From positions 4,987 to 68,986 of the forward strand of contig JACQKT010000018.1 in the NCBI GenBank assembly GCA_016204355.1: DNA of 64,000 bases, written 5' to 3'. A program made the translations under genes and the position numbers. The notes under the pieces are model-generated. The model did not search any database. It was not told the DNA's origin and was given only the letters and a program-made list of their open reading frames with translations. This DNA comes from Candidatus Liptonbacteria bacterium. GTDB lineage: Bacteria > Patescibacteriota > Minisyncoccia > UBA6257 > 2-01-FULL-56-20. Position 1 is the first letter of the stretch. Every line of letters starts with the position of its first letter. Positions 1 to 8,988 of the stretch are shown here, piece by piece.

Positions 1-153
1 GACGTGCTCGACTTGCGCGTGCCCCTTATAGTCGGCAGGCATTACAATCAGACCGACAAAGAATCCCGCGAACGCGCGGCGATGGAGAAAATCTTCGCTC
101 GCTACAGGACATGGCAAGAACGCATCAGCAAGGTCGTCGAGAAATTCAGTTAG
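1..153 (+). CDS. 3' end of hypothetical protein (partial)
   Basis: Frame +1 is open from base 1 (DVLDLRVPLIVG...KVVEKFS) to TAG at 151-153, followed by a GC hairpin at 161-190. Confidence 0.55.
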   Translation, partial: DVLDLRVPLIVGRHYNQTDKESRERAAMEKIFARYRTWQERISKVVEKFS

Positions 154-204
154 CAGGTTTTCCGCCGGTTGCTCCATGAGCGCCGGCGGATTCATTTTAT
201 AGAA

Positions 205-282
205 CTAAAATATCGGTCCCATAAGTCCGAGGACGACTATCACCGCGAAGATTATGATAAGAACCTTTTTGAGAATATTCAC
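205..282 (-). CDS. candidate small membrane peptide (25 aa)
   Basis: GTG..TAG ORF MNILKKVLIIIFAVIVVLGLMGPIF: basic N-terminus plus one hydrophobic helix; below the ORF-track cutoff. Confidence 0.4.
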   Translation of the reverse strand: MNILKKVLIIIFAVIVVLGLMGPIF

Positions 283-430
283 GTTTCAATCTTAACTCAT
301 TTTTTACTTATTGAATAATTCCCGGAAAGAGATTAAATTTAATGAGAATATAGGTGGCGGGCTGTAAGAAAAGCTTGCATCCCGGACGTTCGAATAAAAT
401 GGTTATAAGCAACCATTTTATTCCTCACTA

Positions 431-504
431 CGGGCTGTAGTATACCGGCAGTACGTGCGCTTCGGGTGCGTAAAGACCGGGTTCGATTCCCGGCAGCCCG
501 ACCA
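431..504 (+). tRNA. tRNA-Pro(CGG)
   Basis: Cloverleaf with CGGGCTG/CAGCCCG acceptor, anticodon loop TTCGGGT, GTTCGATTC T-arm and encoded CCA. Confidence 0.93.
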
Positions 505-585
505 AAAAATTTCTTGAAGTAAAAAAATCCGCGTGGGCAGTTGTTCCACGCGGGCGCTTCTTGGAGGGGCGGACGTTTTTCAAAC

Positions 586-969
586 TCATCGCTTTGAGGG
601 ACTCTTGCCCTTTCGACGATGTTTCACTCCTATCTTTTCAAAAACATGCCAATGAGGAGATCCGCCACCTAGGGTGTATGAACTTTTCGTGTCTGCATTA
701 ACGACCGTACCGACGAACCGAAGCTGGCTCAATTTTTCCTTTGTGAGCCTAAGCGTGTCTCCGACGCGCAAAGCTACAAAATGCCTTTTCATTTCCATCT
801 TTCTGGTGTCAGCGAGTGCGAAAAGCGTCAGAATTCCTCCAACCATCTTGCACGAAAGGATCTGCGCTCCGCGATTTATTTTGATTATTGCGCTTCGCTC
901 AATCATCAGAAACTGATATATCTGGTACACGATAACCTCCTTTATGGTAGACGTTAAGGCTTTAGCCAT
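586..969 (-). CDS. hypothetical protein (resembles small phage-associated proteins ending WHVFE, DUF7352-like)
   Basis: 127-aa ORF with pattern GAQILS..LFALAD..FVGTV..WHVFE; family assignment is from memory. Confidence 0.5.
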   Translation of the reverse strand: MAKALTSTIKEVIVYQIYQFLMIERSAIIKINRGAQILSCKMVGGILTLFALADTRKMEMKRHFVALRVGDTLRLTKEKLSQLRFVGTVVNADTKSSYTLGGGSPHWHVFEKIGVKHRRKGKSPSKR

Positions 970-1124
970 TCTCTCAAGGTACGGAAACCCTGTGGCGCAA
1001 GCGCCGCAGAGGTATCAAGCATAGCTGTAGCAAGCCTGATTACGAAACTAAATATAATATAATCTGCATTAAAAGCCAGTTAAATCGGCGAGGAAATAAA
1101 TGTTTAAAGTTTAATTATTCAGAC

Positions 1125-1577
1125 CTATTCTTCTAGCTTCTTTTCGATGCTTTCGAGATGTTCGTCAAGATGATTAGTCACATCTTCGAACTTTTTTTCG
1201 AGATCTTTCAGGCGCTGCGTTTCTGTTTTCTCCTCTGATTCGGTTTCTCTCGCAATTTTTTCCACTTTTTCTTCTTCCTTTTCAACGGTAGATAATATTT
1301 GTGAACCGATAAAATCCGTTACAAAAAGTCCGGTCGCAAAAAGCATCACGAACCCGATAAGCGTTGAAACAGCCCCATCCCAAAATTGGTTGTAGTTTAC
1401 GACAAAAGTGCTGTCATGCCCAAAAAAGAAAATGGAAAAGAAATCCGCCATATACCATACTCCACGCCAAAAAAGAACTATACCTATTGCTCCGATTACC
1501 GCGTAAGCTACCGGATATTCCTTTAATTTTGTCCTGACTCCCTTGAAAAATTTTCCTACGGGCGCGAATAGTTTCAT
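1125..1577 (-). CDS. membrane protein with C-terminal coiled coil
   Basis: Two hydrophobic segments (AVIGAIGIVLFWRGVW) followed by an E/K-rich tail. Confidence 0.75.
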   Translation of the reverse strand: MKLFAPVGKFFKGVRTKLKEYPVAYAVIGAIGIVLFWRGVWYMADFFSIFFFGHDSTFVVNYNQFWDGAVSTLIGFVMLFATGLFVTDFIGSQILSTVEKEEEKVEKIARETESEEKTETQRLKDLEKKFEDVTNHLDEHLESIEKKLEE

Positions 1578-1696
1578 AATTCTAAACGTTAAGTGCTTCG
1601 CGGCGGTTACTGTACATAGTACTTTTCCTTCACCTCATCTTTCCGCCTAGGCAATCCGGGCGGGGCTTGCCAAATTTTATTGGGCAGCAATTTTGC

Positions 1697-3169
1697 CTAC
1701 TTAACAAAATATCTTTTTTTCATACTTTCTTCAATCCCCTCTTCGAATTCGTCTTTTTTGTCCTTGGCTTTTTCGGCAAGCACAGAGAGTTCCTTTTCCT
1801 TCATTTTGCCGAGTTCGCGGACCCTAGATTCCAGATATTCCGCGTCGTTTTTCGCCGGGTCATCAAGAACTTCTTCAAGAAGTACCGAAAGAATATTGCC
1901 GACACGCGGACCGGGTTCGATTCCCAAAATTTTCATTACGCCATCGCCTTTTATTTTCAACATCTTCGGCGAAACGGGGTCCTTTTTCACCTTCTCCATC
2001 ATAAAAAGCAGGTGACGCGTTTTGTAAGGTACGGCCTTGGGCACGCCGGAACCGATTCTGTCCGCCTCTCTCAATTTCAAAAGGTCGGGAATCGTTTCGG
2101 GGCCGACGCGCGCAATGAATCTCCGTACTCCGGCTTCGCTGACCTCGCCGACGTTGTAATAAAACATATGATATCGGACGAGGTGCGCCACTTTTTCTAT
2201 CGTTTCTTTTGAAAAGCGCAGATTTTCCAGGACCGCTACCGTCATTTTGGCGCCAATAACATCGTGCCCATAAAAAGTGGAGCTAGGACCTTCCCCTCTT
2301 TTTGCTTTGGGTTTGCCGAGATCATGAAGAAGCGATGCAAGACGAATCTCAATTGAATAATTTTTTTTAGCGGCATAATCGAGCGATCTAACGTTGTGCT
2401 CGAAAACAGTATAAATATGGTGCTTGTTCTGCGCTACGCCGATTCCCTCGCGGAGTTCCGGCAAAACGTAACGGAGCAAATTCAATTCTTCCAAAAGTAT
2501 TATTCCGCCGGCGGCATTGTCGGATATTATTATCTTTACGAATTCATCGCGTATCCTTTCCTTGGCTATCGTTTCCAAAATGCCGGACAATTTCTCCACG
2601 GCGCGTCTTGTATTGAATTCTACCTGCCATCCCGATTCCGTTGCGAAACGAACCGCCCTCATTAGGCGAAGCGCGTCTTCGTTGAATCTTTCCTCCGGGT
2701 TGCCGACTGTTTTTATAATTCCGTCTTTGACGTCCTTCTGTCCGTCGAAAGGGTCAATTATTTTCTTGCTGGATTCCGACAGGTCCATTGCTATGGCGTT
2801 TACGGTAAAATCGCGGCGGCTTAGGTCTTCTTCGACTGTTTTCGCGAATTTTATTTCGTCGGGATGGCGTTTGTCGGTATATTTCCCCTCTAGTCTGAAA
2901 GTGGTTATTTCCACTATTTTTAATTTTTCGTTTTCCGAATCTGTTTTTACGGCAACAGTGCCGAAATTGTTTTCATAAAGGCTCTCCGGAAAAATATTTT
3001 GTATTTCTTCCGGTTTGGCGTCCGTGGTTATATCCCAGTCTTTCGGTTCTTTCCCTATCAAAATGTCCCTGACGCATCCCCCAACCAAATACGCCTTGAA
3101 GCCCGCCTTTTTCAACTTGGCGCCAACCGCGGATATTTCTTTGGGAATGACTGCTTTCATACTTTCCAT
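1697..3169 (-). CDS. cca: CCA tRNA nucleotidyltransferase / poly(A) polymerase family with HD domain
   Basis: VGGCVRD..DWD, RRDFTVNA, EDALRLMRAVRF and LLHDLGK motifs. Confidence 0.9.
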   Translation of the reverse strand: MESMKAVIPKEISAVGAKLKKAGFKAYLVGGCVRDILIGKEPKDWDITTDAKPEEIQNIFPESLYENNFGTVAVKTDSENEKLKIVEITTFRLEGKYTDKRHPDEIKFAKTVEEDLSRRDFTVNAIAMDLSESSKKIIDPFDGQKDVKDGIIKTVGNPEERFNEDALRLMRAVRFATESGWQVEFNTRRAVEKLSGILETIAKERIRDEFVKIIISDNAAGGIILLEELNLLRYVLPELREGIGVAQNKHHIYTVFEHNVRSLDYAAKKNYSIEIRLASLLHDLGKPKAKRGEGPSSTFYGHDVIGAKMTVAVLENLRFSKETIEKVAHLVRYHMFYYNVGEVSEAGVRRFIARVGPETIPDLLKLREADRIGSGVPKAVPYKTRHLLFMMEKVKKDPVSPKMLKIKGDGVMKILGIEPGPRVGNILSVLLEEVLDDPAKNDAEYLESRVRELGKMKEKELSVLAEKAKDKKDEFEEGIEESMKKRYFVK

Positions 3170-3198
3170 TATATATCCTGACGGCTATGTCTGCTTCC

Positions 3199-4332
3199 CT
3201 ACCTGATTTCGGCGCCGAATTGTTTTTTGGTTTCCTCCGTGATTTTTTCCTGCAAAGGCGAAATTTCTTCCGTAAGAAGAGTACGTTCGTTGCTTCTGTA
3301 AACTATTCTGTACGTATAACTTATTTTACCGAGGCCGAATTTCTCCGGATTCTCGTATTTATCGAGTAATGAGACTTCTTCAACCAAATCCCCGCCGATA
3401 TCGCGGATAAGGTCGAAATAATTGTTCGGAACAAAATCCGCGCCAACGATGAAAGAAATATCCCGTGTAATCTGCGGATACTTGGAAACCTCCGCAAATT
3501 TCTGTCCGAGCTTCAATTGTTTAACCACTCTTGGGTCTTTCGACCATAAAATCCGGATGTCAGGCAGCTCCATGGAAGCAATGGCCAAGCGTTCCAAGCC
3601 GAAGCCGAAAGCCCAGCCGTTATAACCGGTCAAACCCAAATTTGCGAGCACGCTTTTTCTCACCAAGCCCGAACCGAGCATTTCTATCCATTGGCCGTTG
3701 ATCTCCGCTTCCATTTCATAACTAGGGTCGGTGTACGGAAAGTTGTGGTCGTAAAAGCGGAATTTGGTACTGCCGAAAATGCTCGTGGCTATTTCCGATA
3801 AGACGTTTTTCAAATCATCTGAAGTAATGATTCTTTTGTCATCGGGGGCGATAAGCCAGCCTCCGAATTGATGAAAGACGTTCATGTGACGTCTGTCGAT
3901 TTCGTCTTTACGATATACCTTGCCGTAGCAAATCGCGCCAAGAGTTTCTTTATTTTCGATTCTTTTTTTAATTTCCGGCTGATTCAGGTAGTAATACCAA
4001 AAAACCGTATCGTGAGTCCTAAGCACGTTTTCGTCATCTACGTAATATGTATCGGACTTGCTGCGTGCGGGATGTCCCGGCGGCATGTTAAAAAGATCGA
4101 ACAGAATTCGCGCGGGAACTATCTCGGGGATTTTTATATCGTCGAATCCTTCGAGGCTTTTTACTTTCTTTGCCCTATCCACTATTTCTTTAAGAGGACT
4201 GCCCTCGGTCCGGGATAAATCGGGCATATCGAGGAATCTTTTTATCCGCGCCGTCTCCGCATCCGTCCGCTTTTCGAGTTCGGCCTTCAAATGTTCTTCC
4301 TCTGGAGAAGCGACAATTATTTCGGAATTCAT
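3199..4332 (-). CDS. pheS: phenylalanine--tRNA ligase, single-chain type (alpha catalytic domain + FDX-ACB)
   Basis: HPAR..DTYY, LRTH, VYRKDEID..H..VFHQ and GWAFGFGLERLA; C-terminal KYP..RDISF...SYTYRIVYR...EIR anticodon-binding domain. Confidence 0.9.
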   Translation of the reverse strand: MNSEIIVASPEEEHLKAELEKRTDAETARIKRFLDMPDLSRTEGSPLKEIVDRAKKVKSLEGFDDIKIPEIVPARILFDLFNMPPGHPARSKSDTYYVDDENVLRTHDTVFWYYYLNQPEIKKRIENKETLGAICYGKVYRKDEIDRRHMNVFHQFGGWLIAPDDKRIITSDDLKNVLSEIATSIFGSTKFRFYDHNFPYTDPSYEMEAEINGQWIEMLGSGLVRKSVLANLGLTGYNGWAFGFGLERLAIASMELPDIRILWSKDPRVVKQLKLGQKFAEVSKYPQITRDISFIVGADFVPNNYFDLIRDIGGDLVEEVSLLDKYENPEKFGLGKISYTYRIVYRSNERTLLTEEISPLQEKITEETKKQFGAEIR

Positions 4333-4425
4333 ATGTATTTATCGTTTCTAATTCAATTAATCGTATAAAAAAAGTGTTTTTTATTCAATATTTCGTTAGG
4401 CGAACATCGTATAAAGCTTTTAAGT

Positions 4426-4460
4426 AAAAAAAAAGGGCAGCGACTGGTGTGCCCTGCCCT
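4426..4460 (-). terminator. intrinsic terminator
   Basis: AGGGCAG/CTGCCCT stem followed by a T-run on the minus strand, downstream of ORF 4521-5090. Confidence 0.6.
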
Positions 4461-4520
4461 AATGTGCCTTTCCGGAACTTTTGATCCCGGGTGGCGCTCG
4501 CTTCTGCCTACTCGCTGTGG

Positions 4521-5090
4521 TCAGGCAGCCTTGCTAGTTGTCCGGCTGGCGGCGCGGGCGGCTTTGCGTGCCGTTCTGCTCAACCTTCCGGAAAACCTGA
4601 CGCAGCGGTGAAAATGTTCCGCCACGCGCTTGATCTCAACTGCGCTTCCTTTTCGTTTTCCGTCACCAACTTTCTCGAGGATTTCTTTTTCGATTCGCTC
4701 GGTGTAAACGAGCGACGCTTGGAGGATTTCCATAAAGTGATCCAGCAAGCACATGGTTCCGCCGTGCATCAGCGTCAAAACAACATTCTGCCACGGTTCG
4801 CTGTTGAAAACCTGACCCGCGTTTATCCAATCTTCGCGAGTGGGGCGTGGTACGCCGCGCTCGCCGTTCAAGATAAACGACTTTTGCGCTTCAAGCAAGC
4901 TCAGCGCCCGCCAAAGATTGTCTTTCGACGTTGATACCATTTGCAGTACTGCTTCAGAATTCAGTTTCGTCCCCTTGAGGATTGTGTCCTCCAGGTCGAC
5001 GCTGGCTCTCCCCAGCATTTCATAGGCCAGTTTTGCCGGCCCGAATGCGACAGCCAGTCCTGCAAAGAAATCGTGGTGGTCCATCTTCAT
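4521..5090 (-). CDS. hypothetical helical protein
   Basis: 189-aa ORF with AGGAG SD upstream and a terminator downstream. Confidence 0.6.
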   Translation of the reverse strand: MKMDHHDFFAGLAVAFGPAKLAYEMLGRASVDLEDTILKGTKLNSEAVLQMVSTSKDNLWRALSLLEAQKSFILNGERGVPRPTREDWINAGQVFNSEPWQNVVLTLMHGGTMCLLDHFMEILQASLVYTERIEKEILEKVGDGKRKGSAVEIKRVAEHFHRCVRFSGRLSRTARKAARAASRTTSKAA

Positions 5091-5353
5091 CTTCTTTCTC
5101 CTGGTTCTGCGTTTTTTCGATTAAAGTTACCGCGAACAAAAGGCTTTCCTTGTCCGCTCAAAAACATTATAACCAAAAGTACATTTAAATCAAATTTCGG
5201 AGCGAGCCGCCCAATAAAATTTTGGGCAAGCCCCGCTCAAAAATTGCTTCCACTTTTTGAGCAGGTGAAGGGAATCCCTATCCGCCGAAACCTTGCCGCA
5301 GGCGGAGAACTCACCTCACTACGCTTGGCCCCACACAAATTTTTGCGAGATTT

Positions 5354-5427
5354 TGGAGCGAGAGACGGGAATCGAACCCGCGTATCTTGCTTGGGAAGCA
5401 AGCGCACTACCATTGTGCTACTCTCGC
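5354..5427 (-). tRNA. tRNA-Gly(CCC)
   Basis: GCGAGAG/CTCTCGC acceptor, CTTGC-TTCCCAA-GCAAG anticodon arm, U73 and CCA. Confidence 0.93.
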
Positions 5428-5483
5428 AAAAATTATGCGGGATTGCGTTTTTGTAATTAGCTTCGCTCAAACAAAAACGGGAA

Positions 5484-5516
5484 GAAGGTCGCGTACCGCC
5501 ACTGTACTACACCCGC
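5484..5516 (-). pseudogene. tRNA-Gly-like 5' half
   Basis: GCGGGTG-TA-GTAC-AGTGGCG-GTAC-G-CGACC-TTC, close to the 5' part of the tRNA-Gly at 31041, then interrupted by a hairpin. Confidence 0.65.
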
Positions 5517-5537
5517 AAAAGCTTCGAAAATTTTTTA

Positions 5538-6170
5538 TCAATCTTTTATCAGAGGAACGAAACTGAAACCCGGATATTCCTTTTCCTCAAAACTTTTTTC
5601 GGAAACCTTCTCGAAAACAAAAACGCTGTTTTTTATAGGGACAATCATTTTACCGCCTACTTTAAGCTGCTCTTTCCATGCGTCAGGCAATGACTTTCCC
5701 GATGCAGCCGCGATTATCTTATCAAAAGGAGCTTCTCCGGGAAAGCCTTTTGAGCCGTCCGCCAAAATCGCGCGTACGATTCCACTTTCGATAAAGCCGT
5801 ATTTCGAGACGTTAGTTTCGGTCATTTTCCGCAATTCCGGAATTCTCTCGACGGCTACGACTTTTCCCTTTGACGATTTGCCTACTACATAAGCGAGCAG
5901 GCACGTCTGCCAACCCGAGCCGGAACCGATATCCAAGATTTTTTCTCCGGGATGCGGCTGAAGAAGCTCGAGCATAAACGCTACAGTCAAAGGCTGGGAA
6001 ATTGTTTGTCCGAAGCCTATTGGCAAAGGATAATTGCCATAAGCTTCGCCCTTAAGGTCTTCTGGAACGAAATCTTTTCTGTCTATTTTTGTGAATGCGT
6101 CTTTTAGGGCGGGAGTTTTCAAATAACCTTCGTTCAGCAGTCCTTCGACAAGTTTTTCGTTTTCGTTCAT
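5538..6170 (-). CDS. pcm: protein-L-isoaspartate O-methyltransferase
   Basis: PLPIGFGQTISQP, LDIGSGSGW and APFDKII motifs. Confidence 0.92.
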   Translation of the reverse strand: MNENEKLVEGLLNEGYLKTPALKDAFTKIDRKDFVPEDLKGEAYGNYPLPIGFGQTISQPLTVAFMLELLQPHPGEKILDIGSGSGWQTCLLAYVVGKSSKGKVVAVERIPELRKMTETNVSKYGFIESGIVRAILADGSKGFPGEAPFDKIIAAASGKSLPDAWKEQLKVGGKMIVPIKNSVFVFEKVSEKSFEEKEYPGFSFVPLIKD

Positions 6171-6188
6171 ATCGCAAACCGAAATGAA

Positions 6189-6758
6189 TCACCGCACGCC
6201 GACATTTTCTCCGTCCCAGTAAAATCTGCCGGACAGAACAATTACGCTGCTTGATTTCTTAGCCGTTTGAAGCCAGTCGTCTATTTTTTCTCCTTTCAAA
6301 AGGAGGTTTCCGGTAAGAATGTCCCGCTTCGCCTGGGGAACCAGAATATCTTTTTTAAAATCCTCGAGCGTAATCCCATAAAAGGCGCTTATCGCCTTTT
6401 CCGCGTCCGGGAAAGCAATCGCCTGATTCACCTTTTCATCGATCATTTTATTCAGATTGCCGCCAACCTCTTTCCGCACTCCTCCGTCTATCAGCGCATT
6501 TTCTATCAACTGCGACAAAACGGACTGTCCTATTTGGTCCTCTGTTAAAGAAGTTTGGGCAGAAGAACTTGCATTGCCGGCTTTCAACAAATTTTTATAA
6601 TATGTCGAGGCTATTGAATAATCATGCGCAAAACTCTTTGCCGGTATGAAGTGGCCGTTAACGATGGCTACCGGATAGTATCCTGAAGAAACCAGAAAAA
6701 CCGCGGAAGTGCCTATTCCAAAAATAATAAAGAAAGCGATATAGAATCTGTAATTCAT
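6189..6758 (-). CDS. membrane-anchored SurA N-terminal-like protein
   Basis: N-terminal TM, PVAIVNG, VLSQLIENALI helical domain. Confidence 0.6.
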   Translation of the reverse strand: MNYRFYIAFFIIFGIGTSAVFLVSSGYYPVAIVNGHFIPAKSFAHDYSIASTYYKNLLKAGNASSSAQTSLTEDQIGQSVLSQLIENALIDGGVRKEVGGNLNKMIDEKVNQAIAFPDAEKAISAFYGITLEDFKKDILVPQAKRDILTGNLLLKGEKIDDWLQTAKKSSSVIVLSGRFYWDGENVGVR

Positions 6759-6877
6759 CCCTTTAGAGACAGGTTGTCTTTAGACAGCTGTATATCAGCG
6801 GCTTGAACCACAACCGATTTCTTTAAGCAGAAATTAAAAGATGTTCTACGAATCGTGGATTGATTGTTTCTAACGGG
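6759..6877. mobile_element. MITE-like element with CCC(G/T)TTAGA..TCTAACGGG ends
   Basis: Imperfect terminal inverted repeats; ATTCAT duplicated at 6753-6758 and 6878-6883. Confidence 0.7.
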
Positions 6878-6879
6878 AT

Positions 6880-7161
6880 TCATTGGTTGGTGGAAGAAGA
6901 TTCGGGCACTATTATTATCATCTTTTCTCCCGGAAGTTTGTAATTAAATCTTGCTCGCAGTTCTTTTTCGAGGTTATTGGGGTTTGTGTAATAGCTGAAA
7001 TTGGCTTCCACCTTGCCGTAATCGCGCCGCGCTTCTTCAAGCTCTTTCTTCACCTGCGCGTAGCGGGTCTCGTTTTCGGTGTTTTTGGCAGAAAAAAAAC
7101 GTATTTGATTCCCGAGAACTATGAGTATGAGAGACAAGAAAATTGTTGCGGCTATTTTCAT
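6880..7161 (-). CDS. septum formation initiator (FtsB/DivIC-like)
   Basis: TM, coiled coil, then NLEKELRARFNYKLPGEK. Confidence 0.75.
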   Translation of the reverse strand: MKIAATIFLSLILIVLGNQIRFFSAKNTENETRYAQVKKELEEARRDYGKVEANFSYYTNPNNLEKELRARFNYKLPGEKMIIIVPESSSTNQ

Positions 7162-7184
7162 TTACCTTAGAATAATTCAAACCC

Positions 7185-8987
7185 TCATTTTTTCAAAAGG
7201 TCGCGGAAAACTTTTGTCGGTACCACCACTCGCGACATTTCTTTAAGCTTCTTTTTGCCTTCTTTTTGCTTTTTCCAAAGCTTCATCTTCCTTGTTCTGT
7301 CGCCGCCGGTTTTGCCGAAGTTTCCCAAAAGCTTCTTCATCGCCGAGATGGTTTCCCTCGCAATTATACGGCCGCGCACTTTTGCCTGTACCGCCTGCAC
7401 GAATTGTTGTTTCGGTAAAAGTTCTTTCAGGCGTTCGACCGTAGTTCTCGCCTCGGATTCCGCTTCGTCCTTGAAAATTATCCTGGTTAGCGCGGATATC
7501 GGGTCTCCATTTACGAGTATTTCCAGTTTTTCCACCTCGGCAGGCGCTTCTCCCGCAACTTCGTAACTGAAAGATGCAAAACCCGAAGAAGCCGATTTTA
7601 TCTTGTCGTCGAATCCCCGCATAAGTTCTGCAAGGGGCATTCTCGCCGAGATAACGACGTAATTCCCGATGTTTTTTATTTCTATTATTTCGATGTGGAA
7701 CTTTTCGTTGAGCCCCAGAATTTGGTTTACAAATTCTGCCGGAGAAAATATTTCCACATCGATCATCGGCTGCAAAACTTTTTCCGGATTATCGGGAAAA
7801 TCGTTCGGGTCTTTTACAACTCTCGTTTCGCCGCCGCCTCTTACTGTATAGGCAGTCGACGGGAAACTTGCCAAAAACTCCAGCCCGAATTCCCTTTCGA
7901 GACGGCTTGTCGCAATTTCAAAATGCAGCTGGCCGAGAAACCCTACCTTCAACCCCCGCCCTAGAGCTTCGCTTGAATCCGGTTCGAATATCAAAGCCGA
8001 ATCGGTAAGATGCAGTCTCTCGAACGCCCTTTTCAGGTCTTCGAATTTGGTCTGCCCGTCCGGATATAAAGACACGAAAACAACTGGTGTCGGTTCCCTG
8101 TATCCTGGAAGCGACGCCCTTTCGGATTTGCGCGAAAACGGACCTGATTCAAAAATTGTATCCCCTATTTTAACAAGAGAAGGGTCTTTCATGCCCGTGG
8201 CCATGTATCCTATTTCGCCGGCAGAAATCTCTTTTCCGGGTTTAAGCTGAGGAGTGAAATATCCCAATTCTTTTATTTTGCACTTCGACTTCGCCGCAGC
8301 GAGTTCTATTTCGTCGCCTTCTTCGAATTTTCCGTCGAAAATTCTGACGAAAGCTATTATTCCCTTGTGATCGTCGTAAAGCGAGTCGAAAATAAGCGAA
8401 CGCGACGGCGACTCGGCAAAAACGTTTTTTGAGGAAGGCGCCGGGACTTTTTTCACGACCGCTTCGAGGAGCATCGGTACGCCTTCGCCGGTTTTTCCCG
8501 AGATGCGGAAGATTTCATTTTCGGCGACGCCTATCAGTTCCGCTAGAAGCTTTGCGGATTCGTCGGCTCGCGGCGGGTTCAAATCGATTTTGTTTATGGC
8601 TCCGATTATTTTCAAGCCGGCTTTTCTTGCCGCGCGAAAATTGGAAAGGGTCTGGGCTTGTATTCCTTTCGTCGCGTCGACCAAAAGTATCGCGCCCTCC
8701 ACTGCGGCAAGCGCGCGCGAAACCTCGTAAGAAAAATCCGAATGACCCGGCGTGTCTATCAGATTCAAAATGTAACTTTCCCCGTTGAGCGAGTAACTCA
8801 TGCGAACCGGCGCCATTTTTATGGTTATGCCGCGTTCTCTTTCAAGCTCAAGCTGGTCGAGATATTGGGGCTTCATACGTCGGGCTTCAACCGTTCCCGT
8901 CAATTCCAAAAGCCTGTCGGCCAGAGTCGATTTCCCGTGATCGATATGTGCGATTATTACGAAATTCCTTATATCTTCCTGATTCAT
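7185..8987 (-). CDS. lepA: elongation factor 4
   Basis: IRNF.IIAHIDHGKSTLADR, ERERGITIK, DTPGH and LepA C-terminal GGDRTRKMKL. Confidence 0.96.
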   Translation of the reverse strand: MNQEDIRNFVIIAHIDHGKSTLADRLLELTGTVEARRMKPQYLDQLELERERGITIKMAPVRMSYSLNGESYILNLIDTPGHSDFSYEVSRALAAVEGAILLVDATKGIQAQTLSNFRAARKAGLKIIGAINKIDLNPPRADESAKLLAELIGVAENEIFRISGKTGEGVPMLLEAVVKKVPAPSSKNVFAESPSRSLIFDSLYDDHKGIIAFVRIFDGKFEEGDEIELAAAKSKCKIKELGYFTPQLKPGKEISAGEIGYMATGMKDPSLVKIGDTIFESGPFSRKSERASLPGYREPTPVVFVSLYPDGQTKFEDLKRAFERLHLTDSALIFEPDSSEALGRGLKVGFLGQLHFEIATSRLEREFGLEFLASFPSTAYTVRGGGETRVVKDPNDFPDNPEKVLQPMIDVEIFSPAEFVNQILGLNEKFHIEIIEIKNIGNYVVISARMPLAELMRGFDDKIKSASSGFASFSYEVAGEAPAEVEKLEILVNGDPISALTRIIFKDEAESEARTTVERLKELLPKQQFVQAVQAKVRGRIIARETISAMKKLLGNFGKTGGDRTRKMKLWKKQKEGKKKLKEMSRVVVPTKVFRDLLKK

Positions 8988-8988
8988 T

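Noticed and set aside
586-969. Prophage or integrative element at tRNA-Pro
   Set aside because: A single phage-like small gene; no integrase, structural genes or direct att repeat seen.
970-1045. Riboswitch upstream of ORF 586-969
   Set aside because: Two hairpins are present but match no consensus I know; evidence is insufficient.
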